A stretch of DNA of 57,519 nt, filler included, from Sphacelaria rigidula (GCA_964200075.2; 7 parts of 7 records of this genome joined end to end with filler, not necessarily neighbours in it); one strand, 5' to 3'; shown: positions 1-12,225, counted from the first letter of the whole stretch. Notes: generated by a model from the sequence alone, not told the origin. Program-made: numbers and translations.

Positions 1-1090
1 TTCCCACCCCCCGCCCATCTTCATTCCCCACCGACAAAATCCATTAGTTCAAGCCTCCCCCCCCCCCCTCCCCCCCCCCCTCCCTTCCCCCCCCCCCCGC
101 CCCTCAAACTAGTCGGTTTGGCATCCAACAACAGTACGAGCGTCTAATGGGTAAACTCCTTTTGGCGCGGGATGCGCCCTAGATGAGAAAAAAACGGATC
201 AAGCGACTGAAGAGTATATGAAAAATGACTCATTTTATTGAACACATTTCAATAGAGTCAGGAATGATGCCGCGATAGCCGCCCCCCCCCCCCCCCCCAG
301 AAAAAAAGCGGCGGCAAGGGGGAGAAAAAACCCCCGGTCCTTCTTCGCCCAGAGGAGAATAACCGAACAAACNNNNNNNNNNAAGACTCTTTTTTTTGAA
401 AACATTTCAATAGAGTAAGGAAAGAGCCCGCGAAAGCCGCCCCCCCCCCCCCCCCCAAGAAAAAAAGCGGCTGAGATGAGGAGACAAAACCCACAGTGCT
501 TCTGAGCCCAGATAACAATAACCGAGCACACAGAGCAGCTGTGAACTCCCACGCTGGGGTTCGTTTCGCCAACGTCGCCCATGTGAGACGCTTCATCTAG
601 TCTGAAACCAGCGATCATGCGCTGTATGGCCATCATCTCCGTGATACGTTTGGAGCTGGTTTGGGGGGGGGGGGGGGGGAGGGCTACCGCCGCACCACTC
701 TGAGGTTTTTCGGACCACCACTGTACACTGGGAAGGGAAGGTATCGCCACGCCCCGGTGATCTAAATAAAAATGGCGCATCAGATAGTCCGTTGGGACGA
801 AACGATCAAGGCTGCGGGTTCGAACCCCGACATGAGGCGGTACTTCTTGGAGCAAGATCTGGCCTCTGTCGATGAAAGTATGAGGATGCGAATAGCGAAG
901 TTTTTTTTTTCAAGTGTGCGAGAGATCGACGCGGTACGGGAATGCTGATACAGTCCTCGACGATACCAACATATCAGGCAGATAGCGCGGAAGGGATGGC
1001 TTGATCCTTCGAGACGATGGACTCGTCCCTGGAGAGGAGACGAATTGAAGGTATAACTGAAAAACAAATCAGGGGGGGGGGGGGTGGGGG

Positions 1091-1154
1091 GCGTACTCAT
1101 TTGTTGCCTGCCTTAGCCGTTTGATCATTCACCACGCATCCCTTTCGAGACGGA
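1091..1154 (-). repeat. ~70-bp dispersed repeat (CTCCGTCTCGAAAGGGATGCGTGGTCAATGGTCAAACGAC...GGCAAGCAACAAATGAGTA), inverted copy
   Basis: Reverse complement matches the copies at 3234-3300, 3321-3390 and 4501-4580. Confidence 0.85.
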
Positions 1155-1208
1155 AGGGGAGGGGGGGGTACTCATGAACTTGCATGAGTCATGAGACCAT
1201 TCACCCCC

Positions 1209-1396
1209 CATCCCTACAAAGCCGAGACGAAGCACGCCGGGTTTTCACCTGATCAGGCTCACAGGCTCACAGGCTCACATTCACCAAGCGGGAAGCGTCG
1301 TGATATGTTCGGTAAGTCGCATGAAGGGTGAGCTGCATCCCGCTAAAAACTGCTTGCCCCGAAACGTGTGAGTCATCTTGCACATGGATGACAGCC
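1209..1396 (+). mobile_element. Dispersed repeat beginning CATCCCTACAAAGCCG, probably the end of a non-autonomous DNA transposon
   Basis: Homologous to 41158-41305 (+), 49389-49522 (-) and partly 33115-33160 (-). Confidence 0.7.
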
Positions 1397-1910
1397 TCCA
1401 ATGCGTTGCTTCATGGGGAAGGGATGGGGGAGGGATGCTTGCAAAATAAAGAGCTTAGCTATAGCATCGGAAGTTAGGCACTGGAACCCGGCCAGCGATT
1501 TTGTTCCGAAAAGCTGTTTTACACCCGAAGGGTTAACAGTGCTCGGCTCTTGAAAAGGGTCAACTCCTTGACAGCGCAGAAGTGTGCACCTGTTGAATCG
1601 GCATCGTATCCACTTCAAAAACAACATGATCATTCTCCAGGATCAACTCATCGCCGGTTACCGAAAAAAGAAACAAACGTTTTCAACTTCGATCATTGGT
1701 ACCAATGTTGATATGCATCCCATACAACAGGGTGTGACTCGGGAAGGTTGATCTAAACATTGGCATGCATGCACAAGCACGACAAAGAGGACATTATTAG
1801 TACTACAGCCGAACGCACGCGACGAAAACAGCACAATGGAATGAAATACACCATCTGTGTGACTGTACAACGGTTCAACATACAAAACACACCCGTACAC
1901 CAGAACTCAC

Positions 1911-2107
1911 TTTGCCACCTCCGGGTCCGGCTTGGCTCCATCCTCCGTGGAGACCATGTTACCAAACCTTGCGAGGCGTTTTGCGCGCGCATCTTCGGCG
2001 CTCACCGGCGCCCCACCTGCGCTAGCGCCGTCACCGCTGCCGCCGCCACCCAGGGACATGCCCGAACCAGAGAACGCCTGTGGGACCTTGGCTTTGTACA
2101 ATACCAC
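1911..2107 (-). CDS. Internal exon of thioredoxin-domain protein; carries SHP-box-like (AFSGSGMSLGG) and VBM-like (DARAKRLARFG) motifs
   Basis: Acceptor ...aaacag|GTGGTA and donor GCAAA|gtgagt; phase 0 start continues the frame of the 4610-4741 exon; encodes VVLYKAKVPQAFSGSGMSLGG...EDARAKRLARFGNM... Confidence 0.8.
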
Positions 2108-3233
2108 CTGTTTTTTTGAAAAAAAAAAGAAGACATTTGCCCGAAATAACAACGTTGACACACACAGATAAAGAAGAGGGAGTATGGTTTCAAAGGTGCG
2201 TTGAGAAGGGTAATTAGGCAATACCACGTGTTCTTGTTTTGTTTTGTTTTTTTATTTGCCCAAAATGAGAACATTAACATACACACAGAGAGAACGACGA
2301 GAGGAAAGACAGTTTCAAGGATGTGTTGAGTAAGTGTAAATATCTGAGTACTGTATATCGTGTCCCGAAGTCTGTGTTGCGATGGTCCGATCTCTCCAAA
2401 CTCTACTCACACATTGGGGAGAGCTAGGTACGTTCGCAATACTTTACGTACCCAATATGTGGTTACTATTGAGTACGATCTGAAAGTACTCGATCCATGG
2501 TTTGGGTACTTGGGAGTACGTTATTTTAAAATACCCAGCTGTAGTAAATCCCCTACTCAACACGCTCTTAGATGCTTTATATCGTATCGTTTCGCCATGT
2601 ATTGCCTGGCTAGTTGGTTGGGCAGTGCAGTTTATGTGTGCTGGGCATCTTTCTTGCTGTTGAAAGCGGCAGTTGGCTACTATCTTACGTACTATAAACT
2701 AGGATTTTATTGTATACATACAGTTTGTCTGTTTTGGAATAACGTGAAATCCAGTGAGGTATGAGATTCCACCCACCGGCGCGTTTTTTTGGCTTCATAC
2801 TGAGAAGAGAAGGTTGGCGGAAGGGGGGGGGGGGAGATGGGCTGAGATCCCTCCCATGAAAGGAGAAAGCACTTCATGCATCTCTCCCTGCAAAAGCGCA
2901 AGACGATAGCATGAACAGATATTTTGCCAAGACATAAATAAACGCAAAGGTAGAGAAAAGGCGGTTTGCCATGCATGACGAGGTCGTGAATTCGGTTCAC
3001 AGCACACTGGCTGTATGTTTACTTTCAACGACTTCTGAGATGGAAAAAAAAAATCCAACTGTACTTGCTGCTGGCATCCTGACTGATCGATTTCGCAATA
3101 TTGGATCGACTGTTCGGAAACCCCTGGGTCATTTTTTCTTCGAGCCGAAAACCCGTAATCAGCAGGCCAACATTCTTTTCTTTTCCATCTCTCTTCTAGC
3201 CCCCTCCCCCCCCCCCCAGTCCTCCTCCTCCTC

Positions 3234-3390
3234 CTCCGTCTCGAAAGAGACGCGTGGTCAATGGTCAAACGACTGAGGCAAGCAAAAAAATCGGTATGCC
3301 TTCGCCTCTCTTCCTCCGTGCTCCGTCTCGAAAGGTATGCGTTGTCAATGGTCACACGACGAAGGCAAGCAACAAATGAGTATGCCCCCC
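3234..3390 (+). repeat. Two tandem copies of the ~70-bp dispersed repeat (intronic)
   Basis: CTCCGTCTCGAAAG...GTCAATGGTCA..CGAC..AGGCAAGCAA at 3234 and 3321. Confidence 0.85.
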
Positions 3391-3984
3391 TCCGTTCCTC
3401 AAAACGAGTCCATGACGTCGGAAGGATCAACCAACCCATTTCCGCACTCCCGCACCGCATCAACTACCGTCGACCAAGTTCAGTCCAACTAACTTTGTCT
3501 ACTCACGTCCTCACGCCTTCACCGTCGGAAACCAAGACCCGACTTTTTTATATCCTAATGGCGTCAGTTGGACCATGACACCACCCGGGCGGGGGAAATT
3601 ATGTACGGCGGAAGTCCGCCCGTGCGAGGACCCCGGGGTTTGTTGTGCATTACTGATTACTATACTACATACATATAACCCACGTGTGCTGAAAACAAAA
3701 AAGCGGGTCTTTGATTTTTCGTATTCACAAGCGCTGGGTTGGGTCATGAGTCGAATCGAAATATTCTCCTCCCCTTGTAAACATTTTGTTCCAACAACAT
3801 TCCCATTCCATCCTCAAACAAACAAACGAACATTAATTATTGAATTATATATTTGGAAGTATATATTACATTTTGGATAGCACCTACATATCATTTTCCC
3901 TCAAGGAGAAATGTCCTCAAGATCCGGATAACCCACTCTGGCGGTCGCAGGACTAATTGAAGACACGGTGAAATTTTCTCATCA

Positions 3985-4380
3985 AACCATTTTTTTGTGT
4001 GGTTGTGTTCTCATCTCACGTATTCTGGACACCACTCTGCACCTTTCGGTATATGTGGGCACATCAGCCGGGCGGGGTCACACAGGAGGAAGACCAAAAC
4101 CGGAGTTACTATTACTATTATTATTATTATTATTCTGCTTTAGTACTCCACCTTCCTTCTGCGGTGCTTGCCTAACTTTCTATCGCGAGAGGGGTTTGGC
4201 AGTCCCTTTCCTTCCTCGACCGTCAAGTCGAACTTTGTGTAGGCACGACCCAGTCGCTCTCCACTGTTGGACATCGTGTGAGAAAAAATCCCAGTTCATG
4301 TGACCTGCACCGAGATTCGAACCCGCGACCCAATTGTCGAATGGTTCGAGGTTACCAACTGAGCCACCGGAGCGACCGGC
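3985..4380 (-). mobile_element. tRNA-derived SINE (intronic)
   Basis: Minus-strand head has A-box TGGCTCAGTTGG and B-box GGTTCGAATC; the body is homologous over its length to 50605-50943. Confidence 0.8.
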
Positions 4381-4500
4381 AAACCTCCCTACTTGTCCAA
4401 TTTCTCATCGAAAAGGGCAAGAGAAACAGCCGGTTGGTTTCTTCTCTCCTCCAAGATTAGCCTCTCTCCCATCCCCCTCCCCCTAATCCCCGCAACGGCA

Positions 4501-4580
4501 CTCCGTCTCGAAAGGGATGCGTGGTCAATGGTCAAACGACTACGAGTAAGGCAAGCAACAAACGAGATTCCCCCCCCCCC
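4501..4580 (+). repeat. ~70-bp dispersed repeat copy, about 30 bp from the thioredoxin exon donor
   Basis: Matches the 3234 and 3321 copies. Confidence 0.85.
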
Positions 4581-4609
4581 CCTCCATATTCCGCTCATCT
4601 CTCGCTGAC

Positions 4610-4741
4610 CTTGGACGCCACTTCCTGTATGTTAGCCCCCCTTGTCTCATCCACTTGATTCCCCTCGAGGTAAAATCGGAACGTTGGGAAGGCCCTGACG
4701 TTGAGGGACTGAATCAGCTCTCGGTTGGAGTCTTCCACAAC
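4610..4741 (-). CDS. Internal exon of thioredoxin-domain protein (C-terminal half of the Trx fold); absent from the ORF track
   Basis: atacag|GTTGTG ... TCCAAG|gtcagc; 132 nt, phase 0-0; VVEDSNRELIQSLNVRAFPTFRFYLEGNQVDETRGANIQEVASK includes the cis-Pro 'FPTF' and 'GAN' Trx motifs. Confidence 0.9.
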
Positions 4742-5852
4742 CTGTATATTGTTTTCGGAAGCAAGCAAGCACGCAAAAAAAAGGCGAACTTGCAGTCAAA
4801 CAATTGATGTTTGATTGTCGTCCATCACCTAACCCGCTACAATCCAGTCACGGTCGCAACATAAGACATACCCAATACAGATGCACCGAAACATTTTCTG
4901 GACGAAAGTCGAGAAACGAGGGAAATGAACGAAAAGAGAAGAAAACAAAATGGCACATCATCTTTTGCTAGTCACATAACCATTAACTCCGGTATTACAA
5001 TGCGTTCAAACTCACATGGAAAAAAATAATAATGTCATAAGCCAATCATCAGTCTTCCAGTATTTTAACGTGGGGCAAAAATCACTCGTCATAAGCCCCG
5101 ACCCACATACTACTTTCAAGCAGTCTCAATATACCATGATTGGTCTTTGAGCACTCCAACATGCAGAGGGGGCTTCCTCAGCAATGAGGTCAAACTCACT
5201 TTCAACACACATGTCCAATGCAATATACTACTTTCACACCCTCGACAATAGAATACATCGTCAAAAACGCATACTGCACAACGTGGAAAATGGATATTTT
5301 ACGCAGTACACTTTTAGATGCGTTTTCACCTTTTGTCCACGGTGTGACCAATATCAAGTGACTGCACTAACACCAGTATGATGGGGAATTACAAGATAAT
5401 GCGGCCATGTCGGGCTGGCGACCCAACGCACTACAGAGAGATCTCCACTGCGCTAAAACATTCGGGGGGCAATTTTCACCCCCGATATTCTTCCAGCGCT
5501 ATTATACTACTCTCACCGTGTCGAAATTGGGATCCCTGGTAGCAACCATTAACTTTTGGAAAGATATCACACCCTGGACAACAGACTAGATTGTCAGCAA
5601 GCGTACTGCAAACAGTGTGGAATCTGTTGTCGATGGCAATATACGCAATAGTCGCTGCTCTATGCAGTACACTTTTTGACATCGCAATCTGTTTTTCACG
5701 GTCTGGAAGAGGTTCTGCGTGGATACACGGGGTTCCGCCTCGAGAGCGCACTCTAGTTCCTCGATATAATGGAGAGTAGGGAAAATCATCAACGCCGGAG
5801 GGAGGGTGTTATCCTCCGCAATCACCCTTACTTTTTTCTTTTTTCTTTGTAC

Positions 5853-5948
5853 CTTGAGAAAAAGGACGTCCGGGTGAGTGGAGGCGAGTTGCTCGTATTG
5901 GGGTGCCACCCGCTTACAGGGGCCACACCATGATGCCGTGAAGTCGAC
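5853..5948 (-). CDS. Internal exon of thioredoxin-domain protein with WCGPC active site
   Basis: aaacag|GTCGAC ... CTCAAG|gtacaa; 96 nt, phase 0-0; VDFTASWCGPCKRVAPQYEQLASTHPDVLFLK. Confidence 0.93.
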
Positions 5949-6490
5949 CTGTTTGTGGAAAATGACAAAACATAGATGAGACATAAATGGCACAGGAGGC
6001 GGGAGATAGCATAGGTGAAGAGATGAGACAACAGATGCCCAGGATTTTCGCCGAGGTACCAATATATACCAGAATACACGAGGCAAAGATGTCAAGAAGG
6101 ACTTGGATTCGAATGGCGGAGAATTGACATATAAATCACAGTAGATATGAGACACGAACAACAAAAGTGGTGGTGCACAAAAAATTACAGGGCACAACAG
6201 GGGGACAAGCAGGTAGGAGACCCCAAAACGAGGTAGGTCACATAGTATCATTATTCGAGAGTTTCGGAAAATAATCAGAATTTGTTTCAGGATCAGGACG
6301 CACGAGCTTCAGGATGGAAGCTGACGTGACGTGGGTTGACGGTACTTCATTGTTCACAGCGATTGGCCGCAGGTTGCTCGACCAAATGTGCGATCAACCG
6401 TCCGATTCGACAACACATAAGTTAGCACAGCAGTGCACGGTAGCGAGTCTCTAAAACAGACAGTACATTATTGAACTGTATTGTCTCGTA

Positions 6491-6630
6491 CCGTGCCGTG
6501 CGGTACCGCGCCGTCCCGTCCCGTTCCGCTCCGTACAATACACTGAGCTACACTGAGCTACACTGGACTACACTGGACTACAGTACAGTACAGTACAGTA
6601 CAGTGTAGTGCAGTGCAGTGCAGTCAGTAC
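6491..6630. repeat. Compound pentamer/decamer microsatellite (CCGTN)n, (CACTGAGCTA/CACTGGACTA)n, (CAGTA)n, (CAGTG)n
   Basis: Directly visible 5-bp periodicity. Confidence 0.9.
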
Positions 6631-8132
6631 AGGGTGTTCCTACGGTAGAGGAGCACATTTTTTCTTCTGCAGCTGTGCACTGAAGGAGCCTCCTGGTGAC
6701 AAAAATGTCGGCCTTAGTGTGCAGTCTCAGAGAGCTTTTGGACCAAAAAGTGCACCCCTACAGTAGAATCACTACAGTACATTACATTACAGTGCGGTAC
6801 GGTACAGCGGTATGGTACATACGGCAAGGAGGTGCGTGTAAAAGAACAGACAAAAAAGCCACACGGCAAAGATTTTGCAACATACCCACCCACGAAGATG
6901 GCGGAAGACCTCCATGACCTCTACCGGAATGGCAGTGCCGCACGGTGCAGCACTGCCCACGCGCGGTAGACTACGAATCGTTGACACCGCCTTATTCCAG
7001 CTGAGGCGTGCAATACATAAGAATATAGTGAGGAGCTGTACCCAAGGCAGCATCTTGCGAGAACCAAGCATTTAAAATTCATGTAACACAACCAAGCGAA
7101 TGCTGATATCATGGTGGCGGCAGGGAGGTCTCCTGTTTGCGATGTCAAGCGTTGCTACTTCGCGACTGGTCCATTGTGATAAGGATGGCAATTGTGATGG
7201 ATGTGCCACTTTGCTTCTTAGGTATGCTGACTGTGAAGTGGCTGTGATGGTGGTGGTGGGAGTGATTGCTGATTCCTCTTCGCACCATCCCAAGTTTCGA
7301 AGGAGCACTTACTTCAGAATGGAGGGCTCAAAATGGGGCTTCATCCGGAAAAGTTCATCCTGAACTCTTTTCGGAATGGAATTTGCGCCGTTACGCCGTT
7401 TTGTTGCGTTCTTTTGTTTACGTTCCCCTTCCGTCCTGATTCTGAAGCGCGAAGAAACAGTTTCCGAAACTCGTCATTATTCTCGTTATCGCACGTGAGC
7501 TTCATCTCTCGAACCCGCGGTCACAACGGGGAAGGAAAACCTAGGACACCAACGAACTACGAGCTGGGCCAGCCTAAAAACGGATTCAAGCTCTAAAAGC
7601 AATATCTCATCGACGCAGACGAGTTGGGCCGTGATCCGCATATCGTATTAAGCATCCAATCAAGGGGAAGTGCCCACCTGCTCAAAAAGTTTGGGCCCAT
7701 ATTTTCTCGTTGATTAAACCCCATGTATAGTAATTCCTATACCTGAGGGAGATAACGCCAATACCTTGCCAATACTAAAATCTCCATGAAACTCCTGATC
7801 GATGCATTTAGCGGATGGCGACGAATTTTGGTGTGGAGAACCACAAAACAGTGCCGAAAAAAAAAATATGGGCCTTCATTTTCTTCTTTCAAATAGAGGT
7901 CAGGGCGTTTTCGTGAAAAAATGGTCTTCACCGTAGTAGAACGCCCTAAACCAGTGAAAAAAATTGAAAAAAATCAACCTGACCCATTTGATTTTGTTGA
8001 ATATACTTTAGAGAGCGCCCATACCAAATTTCAACACACGAAAACCAAACGTGGGCCGGTGAGTGGCCTGCGAAATACTGTTCCGAATTTCTACCGACCC
8101 GGTTTTTGATACGCCCATGCTCTTTTATACAT

Positions 8133-8232
8133 NNNNNNNNNNNNNNNNNNNNNNNNNNNNNNNNNNNNNNNNNNNNTTAATTAATTAANNNNNNNNNNNN
8201 NNNNNNNNNNNNNNNNNNNNNNNNNNNNNNNN
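8133..8232. other. Artificial contig spacer (44N-TTAATTAATTAA-44N)
   Basis: Exact 100-bp spacer with a six-frame-stop linker at 8177-8188. Confidence 0.98.
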
Positions 8233-8829
8233 ATACCGTTACGAAAATACGATGAGAGATGCTGACCCTGCCTTACGGTTCCAGACATACTTTTCAGGAG
8301 GGGGGGTAACAAAAGAGCGCGCGCGGGGGGGGGTACCAAAAGGACGGTCAGGGGAATTCAAAGGGATGTGCCGGTCAAGGCAAGGTACAAACACCTGAAG
8401 ACTTCGCCATACCAAGCTCCCTGTGTTTGTGTAAGAGGACGTGAAACATAGACCCGTTACGCCAGTTGCTACATTTTCATACCGAAGCAAAAACACACGG
8501 TGGTCGCCACTGCACGCCGTATCCTTTTGACCAACACTTGATATTTTTCTGACTACATAACGCTACCCACTTGTTTTGTCCATCAATTGGAAAGGCACGC
8601 CAAACCTGTCGTTAGAATTCAAACCCTACTCTCAGTCGTATCTTCAACTCTCAATCTCACGAAAATATTGTTGATAGTAATCACATAGCCCAAGTCGCCG
8701 TCTCATGGTAGTCGGGATCGATGAAGTCACACGGTTATGACATTAGTCCCATGAAGCTCGTTGTTGCCACATGTTATTTTCGTCATTGTTGTCGGTCACG
8801 ACCGAACGGTGCCGCGTCAGAGGGGTGCA

Positions 8830-9165
8830 TTTCTTAGGCCAGAACTTGTCTGAGGTTGCACTCTTCGGTCCACATGTTTCTCAGTGACCGGCTCCCATAG
8901 TGAAGATTGATTTGATTCGATATTGATTGCCGCTTTATAACGCACGCGACGTGCTTCCCTTGGGGGTGGAAAAAAACGTGTTTTTACCAGGGCAAGCCCG
9001 TTGTTGCCAGCAAATTGCAATAGAGCGGTGCCGTTACCGTCCTTGGATCGGAAATCACGGCCGTATGCTTCCACTATCTTACATTCCTCTTCGCCTGCTC
9101 ATACCCCAGTCCTAGCGTTAGCGTCCATGAAAATAAACAGGTGGCGAGGAGCTTCAGACATGTCT
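8830..9165 (-). pseudogene. LINE (RTE-like) AP-endonuclease remnant
   Basis: Minus frame reads HLFIFMDANARTGV*...IVEAYGRD...NGTALLQFAGNNGLALVKTRFF, matching the APE GDxNAR and NGxxLLxFxxxNxL..NTxF motifs; contains a stop. Confidence 0.75.
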
Positions 9166-9665
9166 TATGCACCGCTACCGTGGCACCATTCGGTCGAGGT
9201 AAACAGCTGTATCCTTGACTCGACTGCAGCCGACCAACACCCGAATGGAAGCACCATAACGGTACCGCACCTCAGTATACTCTTTGTATTGCGTGGAGTA
9301 TCTACTCATTCACCCGAAACACGTTTGTAGATCGAGCGGCGGCGCAGGAGAGAGTGTGCAAAAGAAACGGTTGGCGGTCAATGTCGTCACCAGACGTGCA
9401 ACATACATCGTCACACAAATCAATCAACGCATAACAATACACAAAAAACATGAAAAGCTCACGCGAAAACAAACGAGAAAAAATCCTATGTTCATATATA
9501 CAGTATCCATATATATGTAGCTCGATAAACGCTCACAAGTGCAGAGTACATGCCTTAAACGCCTCCATGTACCGTTCTCACACATATCCCCCGCTCTCTC
9601 ACACGCTACACATACACACCCTGCTGCTCCCTCGCACACGACGCAGTTACACATCATGCTCGTCC

Positions 9666-10063
9666 TCAGTCACCCTCCCCAATCCCAATGACTGCCTCGC
9701 CTCTACCATCCGATCCCCCGCCCCAACCCCCCTCCTCACTATCCACCACGCCGTCGTCATCCTCCACAGCCAAATACACACGGCTAGGGGGCGTATCCAC
9801 CGCAACAGCTACAGGTATCGCCACCGTAAACGGCGCATCCGGCAGCGGTGGCGACGACCGACCATCTTCTCCCGCGCCCATCCCCATGCCCCCAACACCA
9901 CGCTGACTGCTTTGCTGCCTCCCCCCGTCTTGTTGTGTGTCGTCTCGGCGTAATAGGCCTCCCCTACCCCATCTGTCGTCAGACTCTACGGGGGCCTCCA
10001 CGGTAGTGACGCCGGTTCCACGTTGACCCAGCATTAGCTCTTGCTCGTCGTCACCAGCATGGT
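9666..10063 (-). CDS. Probable terminal exon of an unknown low-complexity (G/D/E-rich) protein
   Basis: Acceptor gttgtcag|AC, phase 1, matches the donor phase of the 10540-11013 exon; open to TGA at 9666. Confidence 0.55.
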
Positions 10064-10539
10064 CTGACAACGAACGAACGTCAAAGGTGGCACACGTCGG
10101 AGACATCACGATCCATCTAAAAATTACCTCTTCTCAGTATACTGATCCGGATCATGATCCGGATCGTTCTACCCCCTTATTCCATGTTTGCTGCTTACAG
10201 CGCCTCTAACGCCGAGCACGCCAAGTAGCGTAAAGGTTGCGCTTCAGTTCTTCTGACTCAGCGGTCACAATTTTTTTGTTTTTGGACCAACGAATTCGAG
10301 AGGCCTCTTTAATTAGTTACTCCAGACAAATCATGATCTGTTCGACGTGTGAAAGGTTGCGAGTAGTTTGATGGTCTAAATGTGCTCGATGCGAACTGGT
10401 GAAGTGAGGTCAGGACAAGTCCTCGCGTGGTGGAGCAGGGACTTCGTACAACAACGACGACAGCAACGATGGTGATAACAACAACGATGACAAAGTGCAA
10501 CCTTCACGTAACACTCACACACGCACGTCAGTCGCATAC

Positions 10540-11013
10540 CTGCCAGTCCGTTAATCGCCTCCTGGTGACTACCACAAGCACCATACCCGCCGCCACTACC
10601 AGCAGCAGTAAACGCCCTGTCACCGCCCTGCCGTTCCACCAACGCCCTCAACGCAGCCCATTCCTCATCTGCATAAGCCGAATGACTGTCATCAACACGA
10701 CGCCCCACCTTCGCACCCTCCGCCTCCTCCTCCTCCTCCTCCTCGTCCGTCTCCTTCTCCACGCTAAACCTCGCCGCCGCGCTCCGTTCATCATCATCGT
10801 TCCGTGAATTCCGCGGGAGCTGCCACATCTCACGCAGACGAGCCTCAACTTGTGCCCCAATCTCTGACCCTCTCACTGCGGGGTTGGCTTCCTCTGTCGT
10901 CGCGACTAAAGCCTCCCCTCGTGGGTGCCCGTCGTGCACATCTTCCTTCCACGCCTGCTTTGCTGCTGCCTGTCCCTCCGCGCCCCACCCTCCCCTATCG
11001 CCGCCGCCATTCC
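10540..11013 (-). CDS. Probable internal exon of the same unknown protein (poly-E tract, predicted helical segments)
   Basis: Acceptor gattag|GG and donor GCAG|gtatgc; 474 nt, phase 1-1, open frame with coding-like GC content. Confidence 0.55.
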
Positions 11014-12225
11014 CTAATCGCGAATGTTGTCAAATAGAAAAAGGGGGGAATGTGAAAACGTTATGTCTTCGACGGACACTTGCGGGAATTTCCCCGCTCC
11101 ATGTGTTGGTATATGCATATCACCCCCTCGCCCCCTTTGTGCGTTCTTTGACAAGAAGAGGTTTGCAGATGTAACCAGTTTCACCGGCTAGCGATGAAGA
11201 TACTCATGTACACATTTCTTCACTTGTCTTCAGCGTGTGTTGGCTACCAAGTCCACAATCTCCACAGAAGACTCCCCCGTGAGCTTGCGCACTCACCTTA
11301 CTAGTCATCCACCAGTTTTTCTTGCCTCCCAACAATTTCACGACTCTAGTGTTTTCCCCCGAACTTATAGGGTGCTTGTTTTTCTTCCCGTCGCATTGCT
11401 TGGGGGCTGAGGGATACGAACGCGGGACCTTCCCTTTATGAAGCGTATAGAGTCATCTCACCGGTGTCGCCAATGTGAAGTGGTGATTTCCTCGACAGAC
11501 CCCTTCGGAGTTTTCCCCCTCTTATGGTAGCATCCACAGAGCACTGTTTTGAGAGTCTCTTCAGTTCAGCGTTAAACGCGGTAAAATCAGGGTCGTGACT
11601 ATGTACGTTTCTATAGTGCTGAATACTATAGTGACATAAACTGGCACTACATACCACCGGTGACGGTGTATACGCCCCCTGCGCCATGGCTTTTTGAGTC
11701 CGAAAAAGTCATCACCCAGGGATGCTGTACAACTAGACTGGGGGTCCCCGTACAGTGCGCTCAAAAGCACTTTATAGATTTGATTATCTATACTAACATC
11801 AAGCAATTGCACTAAAGAGGTACCAGTATAGTGCACGGTTCTAGTATAGTAGGTCAAAGTCACTTTGAATAATCGATCCCGTATACCAATATCGAGTAAT
11901 TGTACTATAGACGTATCGGTATAGTGTAGGGTCCCCGCATAGTGCGGTCATACCGGGCTGGTGACCCACTTCACCTAGCTGGAACCGCCATCGTACCCCT
12001 ATACGGTACACTGCAGATACCGGCATGATTCAAAAGCAGCCGAAATGCGATCACTCTAGACTGTTGTTCAAGGAGCGTGGTACTGTGTACTCCCATCATC
12101 CGCGGTATGCGCTGCTGTAGTGTTTTGTATGCGCTGCTTTAGTATTATAGTACGTGTTACCCACAACGAGGTCCATACATTATTGGTGCGCGATTTTTGA
12201 GGGATTCTGGGAGATTTTGCAGCAT

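Noticed and set aside
232-530. Two ~140-bp direct repeats around a 10-N gap
   Set aside because: Each copy degrades on one side of a poly-C run and they meet at a scaffold gap; most likely overlapping low-quality contig ends, not a real duplication
775-840. B-box-like GGTTCGAACCC
   Set aside because: No convincing A-box or cloverleaf; at most a degenerate SINE fragment
4300-4376. tRNA gene
   Set aside because: A/B boxes are present but there is no proper acceptor stem or cloverleaf, and it is attached to a repeated body; called a SINE head
6290-7380. Candidate first exon(s) of the thioredoxin gene
   Set aside because: Several AG/GT-bounded segments exist but none gives a recognisable Trx N-terminus; not supportable without transcripts
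8177-8188. Regularly spaced TTAATTAATTAA motif (~8.23-kb period)
   Set aside because: Synthetic linker inside N runs, not a biological periodic element
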